Of a stretch of 64,000 nt of DNA, positions 24,918 through 37,150 are shown in pieces. Within the stretch, counting starts at the first letter, position 1. Every line of letters begins with the position of its first letter. Source of the stretch: Octopus vulgaris (Eukaryota). The stretch lies in contig OX597822.1 of assembly GCA_951406725.2 (NCBI GenBank), forward strand, positions 81,840,001 to 81,904,000, written 5' to 3'. The notes beneath the pieces are model-generated. The model made no database searches, was not told where the DNA came from, and saw only the letters and a program-made list of their open reading frames with translations. Both the position numbers and the translations under genes were made by a program.

Positions 24918-26046
24918 TACATCTTTTCCTTCTGTATTTGGAAGATGCCAAGTACATGAGGTGATGCCCCAAGCGACCACTCGAGGTGCCGGTACCTCAA
25001 GTCCTAAAGTTTAAACTGGCAAATCTCAACCAGATGGAGCTAAGAATATTTCGGAACAATTAAGATCTTTTTTTTTTTAATCCCGCTACTGTTTTTATAT
25101 TTTAGCTTCGTAGATATACTGGAAAAAAAAATATAATATTTATTTAAGAAAAAATATAATCGTTGTTATTAAAAAAAATTTCTTACATAATTTTACTTGG
25201 CCACATCCTCTTCTTACATAAAGAAGGATTGGTCACTAGAATTGGTAAGTTTGCGTTGGTAGTTTATATTGTCGTGACTCAGACGGGAAATATGAGAGGT
25301 GGATGTTGTTTGTATGATGGGGGCGGCGGTGATGATGACAGCACTCGCCGTCGTCTTCGCCTTCTTTTCTTTTTTCTTCTCCTGTACTTCTTCGCCTTCT
25401 GTTGGCATGGGGGGGTATTTGCGATGTGTCTGACAAATGAAAGAAATAACACTGATAACTAATAATCGTGCTAGGGTGGGAGATTCCCGAACAAGCTCTC
25501 TCCACCCCATAACAAAACATTGGCTCTATTATCTAACGTAGGAATGGTGAGGCTGGTGCTGTTTTCAAGTTTCAGTTCCACAACCCATGGTTACAAGATC
25601 ACCACTAAGCTCACCGCTATGTCAGGAATTTCCATTCTCCAGTTAAAACGTTTTATTGCTGAGATTTTGATGTGGTCTTATTTTATGGAAAACCAAAGCT
25701 CCTCGGCCAATTTTTATAGTGTTCCTTCCTGACATCTGTTCATAAATAAGTTAAATAACAGTGTTATGTGCGATTGTCACTTATTTGAAGTGAATAATGT
25801 TAAAAGATACTATTTAAAAATTTTTAATCTCGGTTTGTGTGTTTTGCGGTGTAGAAATAAATGTGGACCTAAATTAAGGAACAAAACAAGTTGAGGGTAA
25901 AGTGAGTTTCAAACCGTTGACTGGAATGGAACAAAGCACGTTAGGAACTCCTGTTGTATGTGGTCATTCGACTTGCTAAAAAGAGCAGCCAAATCTCTCT
26001 CACTCTCTAATCATACCCCCTGTTTCTTCTCTTCTTTTCTTTTTTT

Positions 26047-26538
26047 GGATTTTTTTCGGTTTGAACGGCAGTTTCTTTCTAGCGGTGTCATATGAAATTG
26101 TCACCCATAATTATGACCCTAGTATCGATCTATTGCATTTCAATCTGTTTTAGGGTTAGGGGGAAGTGTATCTTTTTTTCTTCACAAATGTAAATAAACC
26201 CAATCTGTTTCTTAAACGAGGGACATATTCATACGGCACAGAATGTTTTTTACCTCAATACACGTCATTGATTGGTTGAAATTGCAGAAATTTAAGGAAA
26301 AACAGCAACAAATATCTTACAAACCATAGGATTTTCTCAATAAAGCCAAGAGAAAAAGATGTTTTGTAAACACATTCTACCAGTATACGAAGTTTAAAAG
26401 TGTTTAGTTACGTGGAAACTATTTTACAAAACTGCCGTTCAAACCGAAAAGATCCACTTTTTGTAAAGAAGAGAAACGGCATATTTTTTAGTTACCTAGA
26501 AATTATGTTAAAAACTGCCGTTCAAACCGAAAAGATCC
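26047..26538. mobile_element. Non-autonomous DNA transposon with GGAT termini and 8-bp TSD (Merlin-like)
   Basis: TIR GGAT(C)TTTTCGGTTTGAACGGCAGTTT; TSD CTTTTTTT at 26039-26046 and 26539-26546; extra right TIR at 26428-26456. Confidence 0.7.
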
Positions 26539-26971
26539 CTTTTTTTTTCTGTTCCTTAAAAAAAAAAAAAAAAGAGAACATTACATTACGTAGTTGTCTG
26601 CTCAGCTGAAATGTTTTTGGTCATAGGTTTGTTTACTCGATCAAGGCTAGACGACAACAACAACAGCAGCAGCAGTTCGTTTAGAGCTAATTGTCAACAA
26701 ATCTGGAGGTGTATCTATTTCCAAGATAAACGCACAGAATAAGTGGAAATTAGCACGTTTTAACCCAAACATTTCTGTACCATATCACTGCTGCCACACA
26801 TGGTTCTGTTTTGCATTTACCGATATGCAGCCAGTTAGACGGCTGAGCGGGAAAAGTTTCGGAATGAAGCATACACAGCCGTAATTTTTTGTTGTTTTAT
26901 AATTTTTCTTTCTTTTCTAAAATTTCTTCGGATTTCTAGCTTAAACACAGGAACTTACAATTCTGCAATAT

Positions 26972-27342
26972 TCTTTTACTCTTTTAATTGTTTCAGTCAT
27001 TTGACTGCGGCCATGCTGGAGCACCGCCTTTAGTCGAATAAATCGACGCCAGGACTCATTCTTTGGAAGCCTGGTACTTAATTCTATCGTTATCTTTTGG
27101 CGAACCGCTAAGTTACGGGGACGTAAACTCACCAACATCGGTTGTCAAGCGATGGTGGTGGTGGTGGTGGGGGGCAACGCACATATATAAGACGGGCTTC
27201 TTTCAGTTTCCATCTACCAAATCCACTCACAAGGCTTTGGTCAACCCAAGGCTATATAATAGAAGACACTTGCTCAAGGTGCCATGCAGTGAGATTGAAC
27301 TTGGAACCATGTGGTTGGTAAGCAAGCTTCTTACCATACAGC
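26972..27342 (-). mobile_element. SINE family B
   Basis: Near full-length reverse copy. Confidence 0.85.
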
Positions 27343-27636
27343 CTTTTTTTTTTTTCCTTTTTATATCAAAGAAAAATCGTGTTAGGATTTATTCAAATAA
27401 TTTTACATTATTAAAATGTTATACAATGCCAACAAATGTTTTTAGATTGTAGGCATGAGACAGGCGCACACCCAAATTATAATATTCCAATTAAGCACAA
27501 CAATATAAGCTTATTTTGCTATTTGCATATAATACAGTCAATTGTTAATTCGTGCAGGTATTTGATCTGTTCTTTTTCGGTCAACTATTTTCGCTTAACG
27601 GTCCACATGCCGTTGCGAAGAGAGTTGTGTCCTCTC

Positions 27637-27683
<47 letters not shown>

Positions 27684-27687
<4 letters not shown>

Positions 27688-27985
27688 TCATCGTTTAGCG
27701 TCCGCTTTCCATGCTAGCATGGGTTGGACGGTTCAACTGGGGTCTGGGAAGCCAGAAGGCTGCACCAGGCCCAGTCGGATCTGGCAATGTTTCTACGGCT
27801 GGATGCCCTTCCTAACACCAACCACTCCGTGAGTATAGTGGGTGCTTTTTACGTGCCACCGGCACAGGTGCCAGACAAGGCTGGCAAACGGCCACGATCG
27901 GATGGTGCTTTTTACGTGCCACCGGCACGGGGGCCAGGCGAGGCTGGCAACGGCCACGAACAGATGGTGCTTTTTACGTGCCACA
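27684..27985 (-). mobile_element. RTE 3' UTR tail with about 60-bp internal tandem units
   Basis: Three GGTGCTTTTTACGTGCC units; (ATC)n end embedded in (TA)n. Confidence 0.75.
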
Positions 27986-28442
27986 TATATATATATATAT
28001 ATAAATAAAATCTAGATTATTTATACTTGCCTATTTGCACATACAAACACAACACTGCAATTTCGAACGTACCTTTCATTTTTCAGAAGGCAAGGTAAGG
28101 TTTGGAGAGATTTGTCTGCCATTTCTAGAAAGTCGCGTGACTGCATAGATGCTGCGCTATTGGCCCGATATTTTACCTGAATTTGTTCAACTCCGGGTCA
28201 AGCTTGTAATCGAAGACACTCCATCCTGTTCGTATATCAACAACATCATTGTTTGTGTGTTCTGTCTTTATTTTTAAAGATTTTAGGATGACTTGAGGAA
28301 GATTTGGCTATTTTTTCTAGCATTTCGAACAGCCCTATAAACTCTACTATTGGCTGTTAATCCACTCATTAAGATTACTTCATTCGCAGTGAGTAGAGAA
28401 CGCAATCAAAAATTAGTGTTTCACTTTCATTATCTCCAATAT

Positions 28443-28843
28443 AGGCGCAGGAGTGGCTGTGTGGTAAGTAGCTTGCTAGCTAACCACATGGTTCCGGGTT
28501 CAGTCCCACTGCATGGCATCTTGGGCAAGTGTCTTCTGCTATAGCCCCGGGCCGACCAATGCCTTGTGAGTGGATTTGGTAGACGGAAACTGAAAGAAGC
28601 CTGTCGTATATATGTATATATATGTATGTGTGTGTTTGTGTGTGTGTTTGTCCCCCTAGCATTGCTTGACAACCGATGCTGGTGTGTTTACGTCTCCGTC
28701 ACTTAGCGATTCAGCAAAAGAGACCAATAGAATAAGTACTGGGCTTACAAAAAATAAATCCCGGGGTCGATTTGCTCGACTAAAGGCGGTGCTCCAGCAT
28801 GGCCACAGTCAAATGACTGAAACAAGTAAAAGAGTAAAGAGAG
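28443..28843 (+). mobile_element. SINE family B, full length (reference copy)
   Basis: tRNA-like head, CTTGGGCAAGTG CORE-like segment, internal microsatellite, AGTAAAAG tail. Confidence 0.9.
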
Positions 28844-29139
28844 AATAATGTCATAAGTGACATTTCTACCTGTTTTATCACACCTCAGTTCTACTTAGCC
28901 TGCAAAAACTTAAACCATATTCTATGAATTCAGTAAACTGTCTTTTTCTTTTTCGGTTTTCTTTTTGTTTTTTTTCTTCTTTTTTTGATCCAAGCATTAT
29001 TTGTTTCCTCACATTTTGTTTTCTAATTTGAAAATTTAACAAATTACACAGATAGCTTAAAAGCACACAAAGGGCATACACATACTTACATACATACACA
29101 AAGGGCATACACACACACATGCATACATACATGCATGCC

Positions 29140-29462
29140 TGGTGGTTGTCTACTCCTTATGCAGAGTTTGACCACCTCCTCTACCTACACCCAAGAACCA
29201 TCATGACATCTGATGTGACTTTTTAAACCAGGCAATGTTCTGGAAAGACACCTCCGCATAGATTGCACATCCAATTTAGACCACCAAGTGCTACAGATAA
29301 GTTCTGATTTTTATGAATCTTAAAATACCTTTTAAGGCCTCCGTTAGATTTGCATACGCTGCATACAAAGGTGTGCACAGACATGTAGGCAGAATAGTTG
29401 GTGGAGGTTCGTTTTCCATGGGTTCGCAAATGAAATTTGAGCCCAGCAAAAGAAAGGAATGG
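29140..29462 (-). mobile_element. Decayed LINE C-terminal fragment with C2H2-like fingers (RTE-like)
   Basis: Broken frames giving CSVCKSNGGLKRYFKIH and CNLCGGVF; no splice signals; similar architecture at 51943-52345. Confidence 0.45.
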
Positions 29463-29508
29463 TCTATCACATACATACACTCACATACACACGTATACAT
29501 ACATACAA

Positions 29509-29735
29509 GGCGGCGAGCTGGCAGAAACGTTAGCATGCCAGGCGAAATGCCTAGCAGTATTTTGTCTGCTGTTAGATTCTGAGTTCAATTTCAGCCAAGG
29601 TCGACTTCGCCTTTCATCCTTTTGGGGTCGATTAAATAAGTACCAGTTAATCACTGAGGTCAATGTAATCGACTTAATTGCTTTGTCTGTCCTTGTTTGT
29701 CCCCTCTGTTTAGCCCCCTGTGGGCAATTAAGAAA
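29509..29735 (+). mobile_element. SINE family A followed by (CATA)n
   Basis: Full head-core-tail; (CATA)n at 29740-29875. Confidence 0.85.
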
Positions 29736-29799
29736 TATATACATACATACACATGCACATACACACATGCATACATACATACATACATACATACATACA

Positions 29800-29833
<34 letters not shown>

Positions 29834-30346
29834 CATACATATACACATACATGCATACATACATACATACATACCTAAAACCCATGTACATAGATGTATA
29901 GTCTGGTTGTCAAAGGTTGCTGTTTGTAGTTATTTGAATTATCTTTGAGATATTCGAAGTGAGTGTGAGAGAAGGGTTATAAGAGTAGCCTTTCTTGGGA
30001 ATGGGACAGGCTGAAGCATATTTCCAAAGAGTAGGATATGTCCCAGTAGAAAAAGAGACTGGTGGTGGTGGCGGCAGCAGAGGAGGAGGAGGATAGCATA
30101 AATGTTACAGCAGCCTATTTAAACATCTATGTAGTTGTGTTCTGAGTTCAAATCCTGCCACAGTCAACTTTACTTTCATACTTTCAGGGTCCATGGATTT
30201 ACTAGTGTAAATCCATCCAGTATTTCACTAGGATTGATTTAATTGGTTAGATGCACCCCTTACAAATGTCTGGCTTTCAGCCAACCTAAGAAATTATTAC
30301 TATAATTATGAGGATGTTTTCACTGTTGTTGTCAGTAGTAGTAGTG

Positions 30347-30382
<36 letters not shown>

Positions 30383-30727
30383 TTTGCTTATTGCTTAAAG
30401 TAGAAGGTCAAGTGACCTCCTCATACTGGCTATGAGTCAATATTAGCCTTTCTTAATCTGATTATGTCAGTCAGTAGCTATGTAATTCACCTGCCCACTG
30501 CCCTCCACCTCACACACACACACACACACATTCTGTTCTCTGTAAGGTTTCTTTACCTTTGCTAAGCTGCCAACTTAACCAGACGTCCTACAGCTGGCTT
30601 AACTCTCTTACATGTGAAAGTTTGACATGAAGGTTAGCCATTCATTGTTTTAATCTAAAGAGAGGTGGATAGGAAGGAGAAGTCTTGGAGAAAATGCATG
30701 CCTCTGTAGACTATGTATTAATATTCT

Positions 30728-31088
30728 TTTCGAGTCTAGGCACAAGGCCTGAAATTCTAGGGGAGGGGGGGGCAGTTGATTAGATTGACCCCCAGTGAAA
30801 GGCAAAGTCAACCTCGGTGGAATTTGAACTCAGAACGTAATGGCAGACAAAATACCTATTTCTTTACTACCCACAAGGGGCTAAACACAGAGGAGACAAA
30901 CAAGGACAGACAAACGGATTAAGTCGATTATATCGACCCCAGTGCGTAACTGGTACTTAATATATCGACCCCGAAAGGATGAAAGGCAAAGTCGACCACA
31001 GTGGAATTTGAACTCAGAACGTAACGGCAGACGAAATGCGGCTATGCATTTCACCCGGCGTGCTAATGATTCTGCCAGCTTGCTGCCC
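30728..31088 (-). mobile_element. SINE family A dimer
   Basis: Third dimer with the AAATAG|GTATTT junction. Confidence 0.85.
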
Positions 31089-31355
31089 TGAGAGGTGAAT
31101 GATATTAAAATAAATAAATAAATAAATAAAACTAAGAAGTTTCTTGGGCACCATCTTACAACAAGAGGTGGTCTGAATTTTTTGAAAGTTAACTCGTCTT
31201 TACCATCTTTACCACCTGCTACTCCTACTCACCCTTATATAATGTACCCATGAAAGAGAGAGTGGGAGGAGAGATGGCCACAGTGATTGGGTATCAGACA
31301 ACTAGCTATGGTTCAGCTGAACACCTCTCCCAATCAGAGCTATCATTACAAAATT

Positions 31356-31841
31356 AATTCTATCCTTGTACAATTCTCTCTAGTTTTGACGGTTTTCTCT
31401 CTCTCTCTCTTTGGAACTCAACACAAACAAAAATCAGTCAGAAGTAATAACAAACCATCATGGCAACACCACAATGGTTTATTATTATTATTGTCTGATT
31501 GTTTCTTCAGAGTAAAATGTGATGTCGTCACTCATCCACAATGTCATTGAGAAAAAAGATGCTTGCGCACATATCAGCTCTGATCAAGAAGACCTATTCC
31601 AGTTCTGACCATCCTGTATTATTTTCTGACAATGTGTCAAGGATTACGTTATCCAACACTTTGTTGTTTTTTTTAAAGATGATAGTCGTGGTTTGAAGGA
31701 AATTATTTGCTATCTTTAGCAGATTGTGTGACCACGTAGAGGCTTCCTCGTTGGCGTATCTGTGTTGGGGCACCTTGGGCAAGTGTCTTTTTCTATAGCT
31801 TTGAGTCGACCAAAGCCGTGTGGGTGTATTTGGTCGACGAA
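31356..31841 (+). repeat. Local duplication, copy 2
   Basis: See 20023-20483. Confidence 0.85.
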
Positions 31842-32537
31842 AACTGTTTTAACTATTCTACCAATGTACTTCTTGTTGTGTATTGATTCACCATAATAAG
31901 TTGTGGCCGCAAGTGTTTTGCTAGTTTTCAGTGTTGAGTTCAACTCTTCTTATGGAAGACTGGAAGGAGCAGAAAATATCTATCAACAAATCATTATTGA
32001 TAGAAACGTAGATGTAAGGAGTGAAATAACTAACTCCTCCATCTTCTGTTAATGAGCAGATCAAATGAAAAAATGTTTGATGGAAGTGATTGTACGTTCT
32101 GTAATGACGCAATTAAAATATTTGACATAGAGTGTTAAAAACTTCGATGTGGGAGGTAGTGAGGCCATATGATGAGGAGTGTGATCGGATCTGTGATATC
32201 ATATTTGAAATGTGTAATGTCAGTAGTGGTAAATGTGATAAGTGAGGAAGACACTTGTGAGCAGTTGTGTGTGTGTGTGTGTAGCCTGTGAAACATGTAA
32301 TATCGGTAGAGTTAATTGTGAAAAGCAAGAAAGAAAGGAAAAGAGAGGGAAAAAGTGAGAAGATAGTTAACAGTGAAAGTGGGAGGATCTGTAGGTTCTG
32401 TGATGATATAAAATCTTTAAATATGTGATGAAACAAATTTATCTGTGTATATATGTATATATATTTGTATATATATATGTGTGATCCATATTTAACTTTT
32501 TAGTATTCAGATTACTCCATCAAATAGAATGCTTATA

Positions 32538-32918
32538 TACATTATTTACATTTGACGGATATTTGTCTGCATCTTGTTTGTTGTTGATGCAATGTTTCAA
32601 CTGATATACCCTCCAGCCTTCATCAGGTGTCTTGGGGGAAATTTCAAACCTGGGTTCTCATTCCTAATGTATTTTTCAATGTTGTTATTATTATCATCAT
32701 CATCATCATTATTAATTATTAGTATTATTAATTATTATTATTATTATTATCATTCAGGTTACTGACTGGACTCGAACTCGGAATCTTGGGGTTAGTAGCC
32801 CACACTCTTAACCACTGTGGTTAAGAGCGCAGGCTACTAACACCAAGATTCCAAGTTCGATTCCAGGCAGTGACCTGAATAATAATAATAATAATAATAT
32901 CGAAAAATACCTTAGGAA
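32538..32918 (-). mobile_element. tRNA-headed short element with hammerhead-like tail, head-to-head with a partial second copy
   Basis: Symmetry centre at 32816; A-box GTGGTTAAGAG and B-box GTTCGATTCC; minus-strand CUGAUGA-A-GGCUG..CAGUU-GAAAC at 32586-32631. Confidence 0.6.
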
Positions 32919-32924
32919 GTTTTC

Positions 32925-33221
32925 ACTTCCTCCTCAATGGACTATCATCTCTTCGGCCCCATGAAAGACAGTTTGAGCGGCAAACATTATTCCAGTGACG
33001 AGGAAGTGAAAACTGTAGTGAAGAAAACAGAATTTTACGGGGCAGGGATACATGCTCTCATTCAAAGGCAGAACATTGCTATTGAGAGAAATGGTGACTA
33101 TGTTGAGAAGTGGAGATGTGATCCACAGAGGACCAGCTTCATTTTGATGTATGATACCTGTTCCTGTGTTGGTAATTATAACTGTCCTAAACAAAATGGC
33201 ATTACTTTTTGACTAGTTCTT
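32925..33221 (+). mobile_element. mariner transposase 3' fragment with right TIR
   Basis: DYHLFGPMKDSLSGKHY..EFY..GIHAL..NGDYVEK; TIR-like GGCATTACTTTTTGACTA at the end. Confidence 0.85.
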
Positions 33222-34106
33222 TTGGGGCAAATGCATGCCTTGTTTAGAGCAATGGAATTGGCTCTTTGCAAAGCCTTTCTGCACTTTAAGAAGCTTAAAA
33301 AGCTCCTGGTACAAGTATCACTCGGATTTTTTTTTAACAACTCTACTTATAACCAAAACAGGCAACACATTCAATGAAAAATTCCAGGATCAAATGCAAG
33401 CATGTGTCATCATGGGTAGTAAGCTCTCTGAACACTTGCTCTAAGAAGTGCCCATTGTTGCCACATCCATGTGAATCATGTTTAAAGGAACAATCAAGCA
33501 ATGATATTACAAGAAGATTTCAAATAATTAAAAACAGATGAGGACACAGACATATAAGATGAGTACAATTCACTCTCAAATAAGGAAGGAGCTGGGTTCT
33601 AACAATGATACAAAGCTTCATCTTTGGCATGAAGATAACAGAAACAAATTCACATTTTGAACTTCAGAAAGCTCTTTTATGAATGTATGAATGTCTGTAT
33701 AGTCTGTATAGGATGTCTGTATAGCCATATGCTTCCCTAACTCAATCACATTTTAAATGCAAACATCAGATGTATATTTATATTCCAAGTGTGATTGAGT
33801 CAAGCTATGCCCGTTCACATTGTTTTAAATTAATCATGCATTATATTGTGGTTTCGAGATCTCAATGATGGGATTATTATTTTTTACACTGACATTGCAG
33901 AGTAGGTGCAAGAGGCTGGATATGGCCAGTTTCAATATAAAATGAGTGGAATATTTTGGCCAGATATGGCCATTTTAAATACTAAACGGTTAAATCAAAC
34001 TTTGTGATTTCATGCCTGTTTCTCAGAGACCTTTTTAACTAAAGAACATCAGAATCATTGAAAAGGGGTCGGAGGCAAATTTTAAAACGTATGATCAAAG
34101 ACTTTG

Positions 34107-34991
34107 GGATCTTTTTGCTTTGACCGGCAGATTTTTAAAATAATTTCTTTGTAACAAAACATTTTAAAACTTCGTATACTGTTTATAAAACATCTTTTTC
34201 TCTTGGCTTTCTTGAGAAAATTCTGTAGTTTGTAAGCTATTTGTTGTTTAATTTCTTGCATTTCGGCAATTTCAACCGATCAGTGACGTCTATTGAGGTG
34301 AATACAATCTCTCCGAATCTTTGTCAACAACAATTATTTGTGGTGTCATATGAATTTGTCGCTGTTATTTATGAGAAAAAAGATACCCTGTGGCCATAAA
34401 CTGAGGGGTCACTCATAAACAGAGCTGGATAACAAAACCGTTCCCTCTTTAGTGTCCACCCATAATTATGACCCTAGTATCGATCTATTGCATTTCAATC
34501 TGTTTTAGGGTGGGTGGGGGGAGGGTATCTTTTTTTCTTCAGAAATGTAAATAAACCCAATCTGTTTCTTAAACAAATATATAATATGTAATGCGTGTAT
34601 CTGTGCAACAGAGAGGGAAATTAAAACTGCATATGTTGTGAACTTAGAATATGTGTTTATTAATAAAAGTTTTATAACGATAATCTTTTACTCATACGAA
34701 CGTAACTGATATGAAATATGTTATAAATAACAGTGACAAATTCATATGACACTGCAAATAATTGATGTTGACAAAGATTTGGAGAGATTGTATTCACCTC
34801 GTCATTGATTAGTTGAAATTGCTGAAATGCAAGAAATTAAACAACAAATAGCTTACAAACTACAGAATTTTCTCAAGAAAGCCTAGAGAAAAAGATGTTT
34901 TATAAACACGTTCTACCAGTATACGAAGTTTTAAAATGTTTAGTTACAAAGAAATTATTTTAAAAATCTGCTGGTCAAAGCAAAAAGATCC
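34107..34991. mobile_element. Fold-back DNA transposon with about 270-bp TIRs and 8-bp TSD (Merlin-like)
   Basis: AGACTTTG|GGATCTTTTTGCTTTGACC...GGTCAAAGCAAAAAGATCC|AGACTTTG; internal segment shared with 26047-26538. Confidence 0.85.
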
Positions 34992-36156
34992 AGACTTTGT
35001 GCTTGCACAGAGTTATTGATTTTGGCTGCTATTTCTTGCTTGTAGCGTTACCACATGAAGCCTCCTTGTTTTGTGTGTACTTAGTGGTCTCTTCTATTCT
35101 GAGACATTGATTCACAAAGTGAAATAGTAATGTGAAGAATTTTGATTTTTTTTTTTTTTTTACCCTTTTCTGAAGACTAAATTTCCATTGAATAATTAAC
35201 TCCAAAGAGAACCACCTTGAGATAGTATCATATTTTTTTAAAACTATATATAGAAAATCTTGTCACACAGATAAGATGTCAATGTATGTATGCATCCATG
35301 TAGTTGTGTGTGTATGGGATTCGGTGTGTGCATGTGTGCTTTTCCTGTGCACAGTGTTGTGTGTTTCTTGCTTCTTAGCTTGTCGTATCTATCTTTTGGT
35401 TTGCAACATTGAGTCATCGTTATGTGAGAGTAAGAGTGGGAAGCAAATAAAGTTAAAACGAGATGAAGGGGGGAATGTGTGTGTGTGGCGGGGGGTGCAA
35501 TTGGGAGTGGAGATGCTGACATAGGGAAAGAGGGGAATGATAGATCCTGTTCATCCTAGTCATATATACACCTACATGTGTGTGTGTTGTTTGTTAGTTA
35601 TGCTCCGTATGTGACTTAAGGATCCAGAGTTTCATGTCAAAGTAATTGTTAAACAGTTTGATAGTATACGTGTGTGTGTTGATATTGTAGTAGAGAGAAT
35701 GAGAGAGTACAACAACAAAAAAATAAGGCAAGAAAAACTGCTTAAGCAATACAAAAAGATGAGTATGGGCAAGAAAAGAGGAAGAGGCATGGGGATACAC
35801 ACACACACATACACGCACAGCACTAAAGATATTAGGCATAAGCACCAGAGGATTTTTTTTGTCTCTAAAACTGGTGCTTAACAAGATCTGTTGATAAGAT
35901 GAATACTATTTTAATATCACTGTTCACATAATCAGCTGTTCCCTTCTCCTCCCAAGTATATAACCCTTTGTACCCAAGTTAGATGTTATTTTTATTGCTG
36001 TTAATATCTATCATCAGTTTAGGGCAGTGGATGGGCAGAATCTTTAATGGTTGGAAAAATGCATTGCAATATTTGTTTCTGGCTGTTTACGTTGTGAGTT
36101 CGAATCTTACTGAAGTCAGCTTTGCACCTCATGCTTCTGAGGTCATTGGAATAAAG

Positions 36157-36385
36157 CAGAGATGTGGACTCGAAGCAAAAAAGTTTGACTTTGACTCCTC
36201 TGCTGTTGGCACCTCTGACTCCGACTCCTCTACTATTGGCACCTCTGACTGCTCTTAATGTAATTAAGTGATTGTGGTCAACATATCTCATAAAGCATAT
36301 AACTGGTTTATATTAAATAATAAAGATATTGTGAGTCGGAATCAGAGTCAGTATAGTTTTACTGACTCTTGACTCCACAGCCTTG
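36157..36385. mobile_element. hAT-like MITE nested in a family A SINE
   Basis: CAGAGATGTGGACTC..GACTCCACAGCCTTG termini; TSD GAATAAAG/AAATAAAG; the SINE resumes after it. Confidence 0.65.
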
Positions 36386-36847
36386 AAATAAAGTACCAGT
36401 CAAGCACTCAGATAAATTTAATTAACTGACCTTTTTCCTCCGAATTACTGGTCTCGTGCAAAAATTAGAAATTATTTTTTGTACCCTTAATGCTTCTGCT
36501 GTGGAATTGAGGGTACTCAAGAAAACCCGTTCTCCACAACAGAAGTGTTAAGGCCCCTTCCCCTGGTGAAGAGGATTGGCTAGCAAGAGTAATGTGCCGG
36601 TGCCACATAAAATGCTTGTGCAGTGTTATGTAAAAGCACCCAGCACACTCTGTAAAGTGGTTGACATCAGGAAAGGCATCCATCCGTGGAGACCAGGTGA
36701 AATCAGACTGGAGCCACCCCACCCTACTCCCAGCTTGCCAGCTCCAGTCAAGCAATCCAACCCATACCAGCATGAAAAGCAGGTGTTAAATGATGATGTT
36801 GATGACGATAGTGGTGATAAATGGAAGAATCGTTAGTGCCATTGTTG

Positions 36848-37150
36848 AAGGTGCATGGCTTGATTGTTCAGGTATTTGGCACATGGTTGTAAGGTCTTGA
36901 GTTTACCTGCCAGCATGTTCTGTCCTTGAGCAAGACACTTTATTTCACTTTGCGCCAGTCCACTCGGCTGGCAAAAATGAGTAGGGCCAGCTTTATTTCA
37001 TTCTGTGTCATGCTAAACCTCCTTGTAAACTACATTAAATGTACGCATGTCTGTGGAGTACTCAGCCACTTGCATGTTAATTTCACAAGCAGGCTGTTCT
37101 GTTGACTAGAGTGACTGGAGTGCTCATTATTATAACCAACGGAGTGCCAG
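36848..37150 (+). mobile_element. tRNA-derived SINE family C
   Basis: GAAGGTGCATGGCT head and CCTTGAGCAAGACACTTT; related copies at 40538-40820, 44233-44560 and 47785-48090. Confidence 0.7.

Noticed and set aside
25500-25552. ATG|GTGAGG possible alternative first exon
   Set aside because: Only a mediocre donor match and no other support; chance occurrence is likely
28075-28100. Apparent 8-nt microexon TTTCAG|AAGGCAAG|GTAAGG
   Set aside because: Lies within a decayed copy of the old dispersed repeat ending GATTTGGCTGCTATTTCTAG; not frame-preserving
29223-29480. C2H2 zinc-finger-like ORF
   Set aside because: Broken frames, no TGEKP linkers or splice sites; fits a LINE C-terminal finger relic rather than a host ZNF gene
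32817-32878. tRNA gene-like sequence (also the SINE heads at 44233 and elsewhere)
   Set aside because: No complete acceptor stem or cloverleaf; continues into the repeat body
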